Shown piece by piece: positions 20,168 through 32,083 of a stretch of DNA of 64,000 nucleotides. The notes under the pieces were generated by a model. That model was not told where the DNA came from. It saw only the letters and a program-made list of their open reading frames with translations, and ran no database searches. The stretch is from Heteronotia binoei. Lineage: Eukaryota. Position 1 is the first letter of the stretch. Every line of letters starts with the position of its first letter. Location of the stretch: NCBI RefSeq assembly GCF_032191835.1, contig NC_083230.1, forward strand, positions 80,910,001-80,974,000, written 5' to 3'. Position numbers and translations under genes: made by a program.

Positions 20168-20799
20168 CACCTGCCACATTCCTCAAACTTCTGATATCTC
20201 TACATTGCAGAATAGGAGCTCAAAACTTAAACTGGGCAACTGCTTTCCAACCATCTATTTGTGCCTCCGTTTATTTCATTTATGGTCGGTTTTTCTCACA
20301 GAATGGATTACAGATTTATAAAACAAGGTCAGAATTAAACCAGTATAATAATACAATAATAACCAATAGCTGAATCACACAACTAGATAACAAAATAAAA
20401 TAGAATTCAAAAGTAGGTGTACTTTCTAAACCTGTTGCCTATGGACTTAGAAGGGTGTAACTGTCTTCCAGCAAATAACTGTTTAACAACAATGGCAAGT
20501 AGCCAGACCATTCATAGCAGTATCTGTTGTTGCGGTAGGCTGCTTGACTCATTATAGTTCATTTTCAGTGGCCTTTATTATTCAGACAGACATTCTTCAT
20601 TTGTTTTGTATAGAATCTATTGTAAATATAAACACTTATTTCACAATTATGAAGATGAGCAATTTGCTTTTTAAAATACACTTAAAATACAGCTACATTG
20701 CCAATTTGTTCTAGTTTAGTCTTAAACGCTTTTTTTAAAAGCCAAAAATTCTTACTACAGCAAGTAATACTAACAAAACTATGGGAGAACATTTTAATT

Positions 20800-21190
20800 T
20801 TCCAGGTCATTCCTTTGCTGAGCTAAGAGTGGCAGTCCCCACACAAAAAAATTTCAAAAGAAAATTACAGCATGAGATTGCTGAACTCCAGTTAATTCAC
20901 AGGTTCAGAACAATAGACCCTAGCAGAGCTGAATAGGGACATAGAATTTTTATCTCACTATAGATGTTAATTTTCTCCTCTCTGCTCTAATCAATCTAAC
21001 CTGTTGTACCTTTGCATCCTTTACAAGCATTCTTCTACTTTCTGACTAGGACAAAAGGACTCAGATCTATATTTCTACTCTACTGTGTCTGATGAAGGAT
21101 AAAAGGACTCAGATCTGTATAATGCTACTGTTTCTGATGAAGGGAGCTTTGATACTTGAAAGCTTGTACCAGGAATCCTCAGCCTTTTTC
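20800..21190 (+). mobile_element. Penelope-like element 3' fragment (end of GIY-YIG domain and terminal repeat)
   Basis: PGHSFAELRVAV..FKRKLQHEIAELQLIH; ctgatgaagggagctttga..gaaagctt terminal motif. Confidence 0.7.
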
Positions 21191-21950
21191 AGCCTGCAGG
21201 CAATCTGGAATTCTGACATGGTGTTACCAAACTGGGTTCTTTTGACTGGACCAGCCAGTTCTGAATTATGCACACCACAACGAGAAGCTAGAGACTAGCA
21301 AAGGAATAACTTTTAATTCCAGAATAGAAGGGAACATACTTTAGTGAAGCAAAAGCCAGGCTGTTCAAAGCATTTTGAGTGGGACAAACTTTTATACCTC
21401 ATCTCATGTCAATCATACCGACAGGTGGGTAGCTGTATTGGTCTGAAGCAGTAGAACAAAGTAGGAGACAAGTAGCATCTTTAAGGCCAACAAAGTTTTA
21501 TTCAGAATGTAAGCTTTTGAATTCATGCATACTTCTTAAGATGAGGGAATGGGGTACAATGAGCAGAACTTACATATAGCTAGTGGGTAATGGTTAAGAA
21601 TGTAAAGTGATACCAAGTTAGGATCTAACAGCAAAATAGTATAATAAACAAACCGGAAGACCATATGGTCTGGAGAGCATTTGTGTGGGAAACCAATAAA
21701 AGGTAATAAAAATTGCCTGTTAATTGCTCTTACTACAAGTCTAGGTAAAACAAAAGCACATGTATTTCCTAGTGAAGTTCTTTTACATCTGATTTACTTT
21801 TTGACATGTAACATATATTATAAACATAATCCTATACATTTTAAACATAATTCCAGTTTGCTATTAGAAAAACACAACTCTTTGTCTAACTTTTTTATAC
21901 ACAGTTCTATGGTCACATATTGCTGACCCTGCTATTTCTCTAGTCTAAAG

Positions 21951-22458
21951 TAGGGTTGCCTAGTCCAATTCAAGAAATATCTGGGGACTTTGGGGGTGGA
22001 GCCAGGAGACATTAGGGGTGGAGCCAAGATCAAGGCTGTGACAAGCATAATTGAACTCCAAAGGGAGTTCGGCCCATCATATTTAAAGGGACGGCACACT
22101 TTTTCAATGCCTTCCTTCCATAGGAAATAATGAAGGATTGGGGCACCTTCTTTGGGGGCTCATAGAATTGGACCCCCTGGTCCAATCTTTTTGAAACTTG
22201 GGGGGTATTTTGGGGAGAGGCACTAAATACTACAATGAAAATTTGGTGCCTCTATCCCAAAAAACAGGCTCCCCAGAGCCCCAGATACTCGTGGATCAAT
22301 TCTCCATGATTTTCTATGGGAATAAATCTCCATAGGGAATAATAGAGTTCCCAGCAGACATTTCCCTCCCCTCCCCCTGCTTTCTGACGACCCTGAAGCG
22401 GGGGGACGGCCTCCAAACCGGGGGATCCCCTGCCCCCACCTGGGGATTGGCAACCCTA
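21951..22458. mobile_element. hAT non-autonomous element
   Basis: Perfect TIRs TAGGGTTGCC / GGCAACCCTA and perfect 8-bp TSD gtctaaag (21943-21950, 22459-22466). Confidence 0.92.
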
Positions 22459-22969
22459 GTCTAAAGCTACATTTTCTCTGTGGATAAGACACATTCCAGT
22501 ACCCATAAGGAAGGCCATCTCATGCTGTGTTATCAGTTTAGGCCCTCTAACTAGCTACAACCGTAAAGCACTATGGAGGCACTGGGCCCCAAGAAAAACA
22601 GAACACAAGCCAGGAACATACCAACAAGAAAGTCACACAATGCATCTGCTCTTTTGTGGTCTTGCCAAAATGGCATGGTGGGTGCAGCTATGAAATGGCT
22701 GAGCAGAAGGCGCAGCCAATCACAAAATGATTGCCACAGCTTAATTTCAGTCACACAGTGCAGATCTTTGGTGCTGTGGTGGTAGCTGCTACCAAAGCAA
22801 CATTTAGAAAAAAACTGCACATCCAATCAATCTCCAATAGTCAATCAGAAACCTTACTGGGCAAAAGCCTTACCTGGCCCCACCATTTTGTGAGTGTCAG
22901 AAAAGGTATCAGCAGGCTCCATGGTGCCCATTGGTTCAATGTTGGGCATGCCTGGTTATACCTTGAAAT

Positions 22970-23214
22970 TAGGGATGCCATCCTTCAGGCAGAACCTGAG
23001 GATCCCCTGGAATTACAGCTCGTCTCCAGACTACAGAGATCAGTTGTCCTGGAGAAAATGGCTGCTTTGGAGGGGGGACTCTATGGCATTGTACTCCACC
23101 GAGGTCCCTGTCCTCTCCAGGCTTCATCCCCAAATCTCCAAGTTTCCCAACCTGAATCTAGCAACTCTACCCCCCCATCCCCCGCTGATTGCAAGGGAGG
23201 ACCTGGCAACCTTA
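22970..23214. mobile_element. hAT-type MITE
   Basis: Same family as 27958-28202; TIR-like ends. Confidence 0.7.
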
Positions 23215-23634
23215 TCTAAGTTGCTACCAGACTCAAATCTAACTGTTCTACTGCAGACCAACATGGCTGCCCTCTGAAACTGTTTTGTTTTGGACATTCT
23301 GCAAAATGATAGAAGCACAAGGTCTTCCTGATAGCTACAAGTCATTCCATAATGTGGGTCTCATCACAGAGAATGCATGTGAACAGGTGGTGGCTGATTT
23401 TACCTGTTTGCAGGCTGGCAGCTTCAGAAGATTTTGCTCAGGTAAAGCATAGCTGTCATGGTGGAAAATAGCAGGAGAGGCATGTTTTTTTAGCAATGCT
23501 TCACAGAAAAAGAAATTATAGTGATGAACAATTGCCACTTATCCAACCGCAAACTATGCAAAAATTTATGCCAGTGCACAAAAATAATTGAACAGGGTGC
23601 TGTTGTGAATATTTAGTGTGTACTGTGAGACTAC

Positions 23635-23734
23635 AGGTGCATTCAAACTACACTAAAAATGAATTTTGCAACTGTGTAAGAACAGTAAAAATCCACTTGC
23701 AAAATGCATTATTTAGTGTAGTGTGAATGCACCC
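23635..23734. mobile_element. Short palindromic MITE (Harbinger-like)
   Basis: ggtgcattcaaactacactaaa / tttagtgtagtgtgaatgcacc inverted ends. Confidence 0.6.
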
Positions 23735-24464
23735 TACATGTGTGATAGCTCCTAATAATGGTCTCACAATAGCCAGGGTTAGGCATATTGAAACCTTATG
23801 GATTATTAATCAACATACCAATGATCAGTGATGTTAAATTGTATGTTTTCAGTTGGGCAGAATTGCCTTTCTTATGACTCTTCTTTTTGATCTCTCTCTC
23901 TAAATTTTGGCATAGCTTGGCTCTTTAAGTGTACAGAGTTGCAAATCTCATTTAACATTACAGCTACTACTTCAATAACTTATCTGCTGTTTTGTTGTTG
24001 CTGTTAACAAAGGCTGTTAGTCAGTCCAATAAAAGGTAATAGAGCTCTAAGCTGAGGCAGTCCAATAAAAGGTCTTGTTTGAGGTTTTGTGTGGACCAAT
24101 ATGGCTGCATAACTTTTTCTAATTCAGTGATATCTAATTTCAGCTAGAAAATAGTGAATTGTCAACAGAATTAGGTAAAAAGACTGTATGCTCAAACTAA
24201 GCAAGGTAATACCACCTAATTGGGCTTTAATTGATGATATTACCTTGTTCAACATCTTAAATTAAACATTTTACATATAGAGACTATAAGTACTCCCAAT
24301 GATTCTCTATCTACAAGAGAACTGTGATTCTTGATCGGCATCTGAGATGATTTTTAGATGGAGTTTGGCGTTCCTGTATTTCAGTGAGAGAACAAATAAT
24401 TAAAGGCATTAACTAAATGTAGTCTCCCAGAGACCATGTGTTACAGCAGTGGGGGGGGGGGAAT

Positions 24465-25474
24465 AAACTTTGCTGAGGACTATTAGAAAAGGGACTGGAA
24501 ATAAAATGGCCAGTATTATAATGTCTTCATTTAGATCCCCATATAATGTCCCCATGGTGCAGCCTCATTTGGAATACTGTGTGCAATTCTGGTCTCCACA
24601 TCTCAAAAAGGACATTTTGGAGCTGGAAAAAGTACAGAAGAGGACAACTAAGATGATTAGGTGATTGGAACACCTTCCCTGTGAGGAAAGGCTGAAGACT
24701 CTGGGACTTTTCAGTTTAGAAAGAGACAACTAAGAGATAACATGATAGAGGTTTATAACATTATGCATGGGATGGAGAGTGGAAAGATAGAACTCTACTG
24801 AAATACTGGAGCTTGAGGGCATCCAGTGGAGCTGATGGGCAGTAGATTCATAACAGACTAAAGGGAATACTTCTTTACACAGAGAATGATTAAAATATGA
24901 AATTAACTGCCAGAGGATGTATGATGGCCACAGACACAGACAGCTTCCAAAGGGGATTAGACAGATAGGTCTATTGGTGGCTAGCTACTAGCTGCGGTGA
25001 TTAAAGGGAAGCTCTAAGCTGAGGCAGCAAATTTCTGAATACGAGTGCCAGGAGGCAACAGCAGGAAAGGCTTTGACCTCTATGTCCAAACTGGAGAGCC
25101 AGTTTGGTGTAGTGGTTAAATGTGTGGACTCTTATCTGGGAGAACTGGGTTTGATTCCCCACTCCTCCACTTGTACCTGCTGGAATGGCCTTGGGTCAGC
25201 CATAGCTCTGGCAGAAGTTGTCCTTGAAAGGGCAGCTGCTGTGAGAGCCCTCTCCAGCCCCACCCACCTCACAGGGTGTCTGTTGTTGGGGAGGAAGGTA
25301 AAGGAGATTGTGAGCCGCTCTGAGACTCTTTGGAGTGGAGGGTGGGATATAAATCCAATATCTTCATCTTCTATTGTTGGTCCTCTGGAATATCTGGTTG
25401 GCCACTGTATAATAGAGGATGCTGGACTGGATGGACTACTGGTTTGATCATCAGGGCTCTTCTGATGTTCTTAT
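24465..25474 (+). mobile_element. CR1 LINE 3' fragment, interrupted by a SINE
   Basis: [29 protein letters not shown]; the CR1 3' UTR resumes after the SINE and ends ctgatgttcttatg. Confidence 0.88.
25093..25371 (+). mobile_element. MIR/Ther1-derived tRNA SINE (Squam3-like)
   Basis: tRNA head with A and B boxes (tggtgtagtgg, gggtttgattcc); nearly identical to 63428-63708. Confidence 0.88.
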
Positions 25475-25980
25475 GCTGTAACTATACACCTCAGCAACAG
25501 ATTGAAGAAGCTATTTGTCTATTTTGGATGTTGTTGTTCCAGTCTGTGGCCCCGTTATTGGATTCTGAACTGGTGGGGTTCAAATACCTTGTCCACTGGC
25601 TTGAAGAGAAGCGTGATTCTTCCCATTTGAAATATTATGAATTGCACGGTGGACTCAGTCTTGTTTACAGCATGGACACTAGTTCTCGCTTTTAAGCGTT
25701 TTTCATTATGAGCCGGTTTGTACAGAAAGTGCAATGGTGCACGCTTTGAATGTATAAGATTTATATTGAATGCATTTGGTATTTATTGCTTTAAAAAGTG
25801 TTCTTTCTATATACATAGGAGTACACCAGTAATTGTAGCCGTGTTACCGTTGTTCTGTAACTATACACCTCAGCAACAGATTGAGGAAGCTATTTGCCTA
25901 TTTTGAATTTTGTTGTTGTACAGTACAACCACAAGAGGGCATAGGGTGTCAGAAAAATAAATTCCCTGCTATTACGGCAC

Positions 25981-26183
25981 CCTGACCTGGATAGCCCAGG
26001 CTAACCATATCTCATGTCTCAGAAGCTAAGCAAGGTCAGCTTGGTTAATTCTTGGATGGAAGTACCAAGGAAGTCCAGGGTTGCTATGAAGAGATAGGCA
26101 ATATTAAACCACTACTGAACATTTCTTGCCTTGAAAACTTTATGGGGTCTCCATAAGTCAGTTGTGACCTGGTGGTACTTTCC
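25981..26183 (+). mobile_element. 5S rRNA-derived SINE
   Basis: 5S A/C-box remnants plus family tail. Confidence 0.7.
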
Positions 26184-26571
26184 ACTGCTGCCATGTATTG
26201 CTGCAGGAATCCTTTTGGGAGGAATTATAAAATTTTGTCTTAAGATAACATACTAGAATAATTTAATGCCAACTAGTAGGGTTGCCAGCTTCAGAGGGGG
26301 CCTGGTGTTCTCCAGGAATTTCAATTGATTTCCAGACTACAGAGATAAATTCCCCTGGACAAAATGACAATTTTAGTGAGTACACTCTATGGCATCGTAA
26401 CCCTACTAAGTTCCTGCTCTTCCCCAAACTCCCCCTTCCACAGACTCTGCCCCCGAATCTCCAGCTGGCAATCCTAGTGACTAATTACATTTAATGTCTC
26501 TATTCTATTTGCAATGAGATTACAGTGGAGGAGGGGGAGATCTTTTCAGGGCATGTTTATGGATCACAACT

Positions 26572-27174
26572 GCCCCATTGCACAGAGTGTTAAAGCTGCA
26601 GTACTGCAGTCCTAAGCTCTGCTCACAACCTGAGTTCGATCCCAGTGGAAGCTGGTTCAGGTAGCCAGCTCAGTTTGACTCAGCCTTCCATCCTTCCGAG
26701 GTCGGTAAAATTAGCACCCAGCTTGCTGGGGGGAAAGTGTAAATGACTGGCGAAAGCAATGGCAAACCACCCTGTAAAAAGTCTGCCGTGAAAACATTGT
26801 GAAAGCAACGTCACCCCAGAGTCGAAAACGACTGGTGCTTGCACAGGGGACCTTTCCTTCCTTATGGATCACAAGAGTCCCGTGGCGCCTAGTGTTAAAG
26901 CTGCAGTACTGCAGTTCTAAGCTCTACTCACGACCTGAGTTCAATTCCCGGTGGAAGCTGGGTTTTCAGGTAGCCGGCTTGAGTTTGACTCAGCCTTCCA
27001 TCCTTCCGAGGTCGGTAAAATGAGTACCCAGCTTGCTGGGGGGGAAATATAGATGACTGGGGAAGGCAATGGCAAACCACCCCGTAAAAAGTCTGCTGTG
27101 AAAACATTGTGAAAGCAAATTCACACCAGAGTTAGAAATGACTGGTGCTTGCACAGGGGACCTTTCCTTTTTCC
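26572..27174 (+). mobile_element. Tandem pair of tRNA/BovB-tail SINEs
   Basis: Two units of about 290 bp, bounded by three copies of ttatggatcaca (26557, 26862, 27175). Confidence 0.88.
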
Positions 27175-27957
27175 TTATGGATCACAGATGGATCCTGTAC
27201 TTTAGTAACATTTGTTTACTTCATTTATCCCCCGCCTTTCTCCTCACTGGGGACCCAGAACAGCTTACAACACCATCCTCATGTCATCAATTTTATCCCC
27301 ACAACACCACCTGTGAGGCAGATTAGTCTGAGAGAGCATGACTGGCACACGGTCACCCTGCAAGCGTCCATGGCAGAGTGAAGATCTGAACCTGGATCTC
27401 CCAGATCCTTGTTTGACAGTCAAGCCAATACACCCCACTGAGCACACTGACTGAGAGCAGCATCAAAGGGTGATAATAATTTCGATGAGAGGAACATGTG
27501 TGTCATTTTTCTTTGTATAGAAATGTAAGTCAAGAAAACCAATAAAAAAGTCAGTGTCAAAAGAAGATTGGTATGTTTTGAAACTAAAAAGCAAAAGTAA
27601 GCAAAACTAGTCAAGGAAAGTAGGAAAAGAAAATGCCCATGGCTATTATGGTGCTACTGTATTTTCTCCAGCACTATCAATCAATGCTACTTAGTAGTGT
27701 TGCTGACTGCCGGGGTGTGTGTGTGTGGGGGAACTCCTGGCTGTTTAACAGAGGAACAAAGATGTTATTTACCTCCATGCCATTAAAACTTTCAGCTGCT
27801 CATTTCCAGACACAAAGTCTTTATTAAGGAATGGGATATTTTTATCTAGGCCTGTTGAGAACTTCAGTACTTGGGGGGGGGGGGCAGAAGACAGCTTACC
27901 AGGCCTAATTAAGGTGCATATACAATGAAGACAAGCAGGCATGAGTTGGAGGAGAAA

Positions 27958-28202
27958 TAGGGATGGCAGCCTCCAAGTTGGACTTGGGGATCCCCCAGAA
28001 TTATAGCTCACCTCCAGGTTACAGAGATGAATTCCCCTGGAGAAAATGGATGCTTTGGAGTGTGGAGTCTATGGCATTGACCCCACTGAGGTCCCTGTCC
28101 TCCCCAGGCTCCACCCCCAGATCTCCAGGAGTTTCCCAACCTGGATCTGGCAACCCTACTTCCCCATCCCTCAGCTGTGGGAAGGGGGACCTGCCAACCC
28201 TA
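27958..28202. mobile_element. hAT-type MITE
   Basis: TIR-like ends; family homology to 22970-23214. Confidence 0.7.
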
Positions 28203-28889
28203 ATGGAGAAATGATGCTACAGGCACTCATGGTCTTCACTTTGCATGTGACTGAGCTCTGGCCTGAAAAGTACCCTGCAAAACAGCAGTAAATGATGATA
28301 GCACAGCCTCCCTAATTTTGCTAAGCTAATTTATCATATGTAGTTAGGGTTGCCAACTAGCTGGAGAAAAAAAATCCTATCCCCTTAATGTTCACTCAAT
28401 GTTTAGAAATGGGCAGCTGAAACTTTTAATAGCACGGAGCTAAAGAACACCGTCCAATTAAATCTCTATTAAAGAAAGAAGACTTTTTTGTATCCAGACC
28501 TTTATAACACCATCGGTAGATGATTTTCACCAGCTTTAATTTGTTAATAACATTGAAAGAATGCACAAAGTGATATTGGAATAATTAATATACTTATGAG
28601 CCTGGAGAAAAAAAATGTTTTTTTTTTTACTATCCACGTTATTTACCTGGTAGTGAAAAGATTTAACATATTACTAGATATTAAACTTATATTACAGGGT
28701 GAGGATATGTATTTTTTTTCTCCAAGCAGTTCTAACTGGAATTTTTGGTAAGGTTTGCAACCTTATTTTAAAATACGCAAGGGAAACCAGAAAGAGCTCT
28801 TTAGTAGTCCATAAAACGGCATGAAATGTTGGGACAGAAACTTTTTGTGAGCCCTTCCTAAGCAAGTACAATAAAAAAAAGGATACTTC

Positions 28890-30200
28890 CAGAATCTACG
28901 TCGTCGGCTCATGCAAATAGCGGTAAAAAAGAAAGTATCCTTGTATGAGCGAGTTAATGCATTTCATTGATACAGCGCCTGGAATGTAAGAAATGAGATT
29001 GCTGAAAAGTCGACTTTGTGTGATGCATTTGTGTAATTCTTTGCACTTACGACAGGAAGAAAGTAAAACTCCATACTGGGCGATACCCTGTTTCTTAGAC
29101 GTGAGTGCTATTTAAATCACCGAGACGTTCATTGGAAGACTATGCAGGTTTACCTGCCTATAGGGCTAACGCCCAAGAAAGTAATGAATTTAGAAAAAGA
29201 GTACGAAGGCTCTGTCCACCATGGGAGCCGATGGTAGGTACGTGTCTGCAGGAAAGTTACATTCCATGGCGCACTATCGCTTTAAAGCCGCCTCCCCCGC
29301 TTCTCCTCCTTCCTCCCCAACACCATGCTCAGCCTTCCAACCTCACCTTCAGCCGATGACATAATTTCTATCTTCTAATTGGCTGCCTCCCGTCTCAGTC
29401 ACCTTCATTGCTCCGCCCACCTCTCCCTCTCGCGCCGTTCATAACCAGAGTTACACGGCAGCCATTGACGGGTGCGTGAGGCGCGCAGTCATCTCGTCTC
29501 ACTCTGATTGGCTAACGCGTTCCGCCTGTCTCCGAACCTTAGGACCTGGTGGGCGGGAGCTTCCGTGGCTGTGAGGAGCTGAGCCGGTGGTGAGGCCAGA
29601 TCTCAGCTTGCTCCGGGGAAGTTTCCAACAGGGGGCTTGTGGGGCTCCGGAAGGGGAGGACGGCGGGCCACCGCCGCAACTGGCATGGAAGCGTGATCAG
29701 GTGAGGGGAAGGCAAGTTCTCCGGCTTTAGCCTGGGAGGAGTGAAACGTGCCAGCGCTTCATCTCTTCCGCTCAGGGGCCCCTTCGTGGATGGGGCAGGG
29801 AACCGCCCCTGTCGGAGACACGAACCAGGACTGTTTTCACCGCTTGCCTGCTCTGGGCTCGAGCGGGGCACGTCAGGGCCCTCTCTTTGCCCGCGGTGTT
29901 GGGGCGCTGGGATAAAACCTGCTCCCAACCGCGCCCTTCATCTTCAGCCAACCTCCCAACTGAGCTGCTGCCGGCCGCCCCACCCCCATTTTCTTTTGCA
30001 GTGGTTGGGACTCGAGCCTTGCGAGTGCTGCTGCGACCCCTCCCACAGTGGGTCTGTGTGACTTCATGGGTGCCCCTTATGCATTCTCTGGCCTCATAGT
30101 TTCCCCTGTTTTCCTGTAGATTTGCTGTGAGCTGCAGCTGAATCCCCCCCCCCCCTTTCTCGTTAGCCTGGCTTCTGCTTTGCTATGGAACGCCGCCCCA
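28890..30200 (+). promoter_or_regulatory. CpG island promoter of an unidentified plus-strand gene
   Basis: High CpG density; octamer ATGCAAAT at 28911; TATA-like TATTTAAA at 29109; inverted CCAAT boxes at 29378 and 29507; GC boxes at 29413 and 29551. Confidence 0.85.
29540..29700 (+). other. Probable first (5' UTR) exon
   Basis: Lies downstream of the CCAAT/GC boxes and ends at donor CAG|GTGAGG; contains the 3-codon uORF ATG GAA GCG TGA (29685). The start is approximate. Confidence 0.6.
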
Positions 30201-31873
30201 CATCTGTCTTTCCTTTGCTAGAACTTAAGGTGTTGCATTTTCTTTCCTTTCTTCCTTCCTGTGATTCTCTTAGCGTGACGATACCGACTATGGTTTTCTC
30301 TGTGAGTCTGCTTTCCCAGAAAGCTCAGTTTCAGTTACATAGGTGATGTATATTGCTGGGTTGCCTATATAAAATTTTAGGATGGAGTTTAGCCCCTGAT
30401 TCTGTTCCAGATTTCGGAACTGTGAACTTGGGTCTGTTTGTCAGGACCATTGTAGGTGTGTGGTGAGGGTTTTTGTGTGTGTGTGCATTCATGAGCACTA
30501 CAGGATTTGGTTTTAGACACACATTGGGAAAATACTTTTTTTTAATTGATGCTCCTTTGTGATGCTCCTGGCTTTCCCATTTAGGAAGCATCTCAAGATA
30601 GAGCACATATTCATTCCTGTTTGTTTTCAGATACAAGTGACTTACCAGAGTTCTTTATAAACAGTTTTGTGACTATGGCCCCATTTATTTTCGCGGTAAG
30701 AGTTTTATATGCTTATTGACATGCTATATGTAAGTCTTCTGTTTGCTTTTAAGATTGATATCCAAGGCACAGTTCACCAGCTCTGAGTATAGTGTGTGGG
30801 GAAAATGGTACACTTGGGATTTGGAGCATCCAGATTAGATGTAAAGTGTGCAGGGTGTATAGGTATAGGTGGGAAGAGAAAGTATAAAGATTCAATGTCT
30901 GTGGGCACTTGAAGGCTGTGTTCTGTGGGGATTTCCATTCCACACCCATCTCAACTGTTTGCTTTTCTGCCTGTGTATTCTTGCCTGTGTACCTCAACCC
31001 TCTGAGAAATCAGCGTAGATGCACCAGCTCTTCCTAAGTGTCTGTGGATGAAGAGTTTCTAGATATGAATGATGCCCTGAAGCAATTCCTGGATGTGATC
31101 TAAGAATTGCAAGTCACACTTTTAATCAGCTTCTGATTATGAAGCAAAGGCCTTTTCTGCAATGTTGAGCTTGGATTCCAGATCTTACCTAGCTGGCTAG
31201 TATCTCACAAATAAGAATTGTATGTAGCAAAAATCGTCTGTTCGCTAATTACAGTGGGGCATAGGAAGAACTTTTATATGTAAGTTGAGGAATGACATGC
31301 CACAGCACTTTAGTAGTGTCACTGATACTGCTGCTGCCATAATGAAAGGTTTCTCTGCTACCTGCAATTCCTGTGAAAGAAATAGGCAGTACATTTTTTA
31401 AATCATTAAATACATCTTGATCATTTCTGTTTGGCAGTGAATTTTGGTACTAAATGTTTTAAAAGATCTATGAGACATCATGTCAGCAGTTAATTGAAGC
31501 ATACCCATCTGCAATGTGAGCAAGTTAAGCATACTGCATACGTCTTGAAATATACATTGTGTATAGTTAGCTGTGCAGCATATAATGTACATGATAAACT
31601 ACAAGAGAGCAATCCTAATCAGATGTACCCATGTTATTTTGTGAGGCTTAATGCCAGGACAGTGGACTTAAGATCATAGCCATTGAATGGAGTGGACACT
31701 TACTGCCGCAACACCGGGTCCTTTGTCTGGTTCCATAAACATTTAATAATGTGCTCATTTTCAAGACTGATAGCTTTATTTAATGTGCATGCTTTCATGA
31801 TCTTTGTGTTTACCTAGGCAATAACCTTGTGAGTCATTTACTCCCATATAAGGATGATAAACTAATGCAAGAA

Positions 31874-32083
31874 AACATCATATGAAGCTGCCTTATACTG
31901 AATCAGACCCTTGGTCCATCAAAGTCAGTATTGTCTTCTCAGACTGGCAGCGGCTCTCCAGGGTCTCAGGCTGAGGTTTTTCACACCTATTTGCCTGGAC
32001 TCTTTTTTGGAGATGCCAGAGATTGAACCTGGGACCTTCTGCTTCCCAAGCAGATGCTCTACCACTGAGCCACCGTCCCTCCC
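31874..32083 (-). mobile_element. tRNA-derived SINE with CR1-like tail (Squam2-like)
   Basis: Minus-strand tRNA head gggagggacggtggctcagtggtagagc..ggttcaat; tail ctgattcagtataaggcagcttc. Confidence 0.8.

Noticed and set aside
23335-23538. 67-aa ORF as a host exon
   Set aside because: It ends in NLLKLP...AFSVMRPTLWNDL, a decayed L2-type LINE C-terminus.
28911-29300. Type 3 Pol III or snRNA gene (octamer, PSE, TATA)
   Set aside because: The best PSE-like sequence is at the wrong spacing, there is no nearby T4 terminator, and no match to U6, 7SK, Y, vault, H1 or MRP RNA was recognised.
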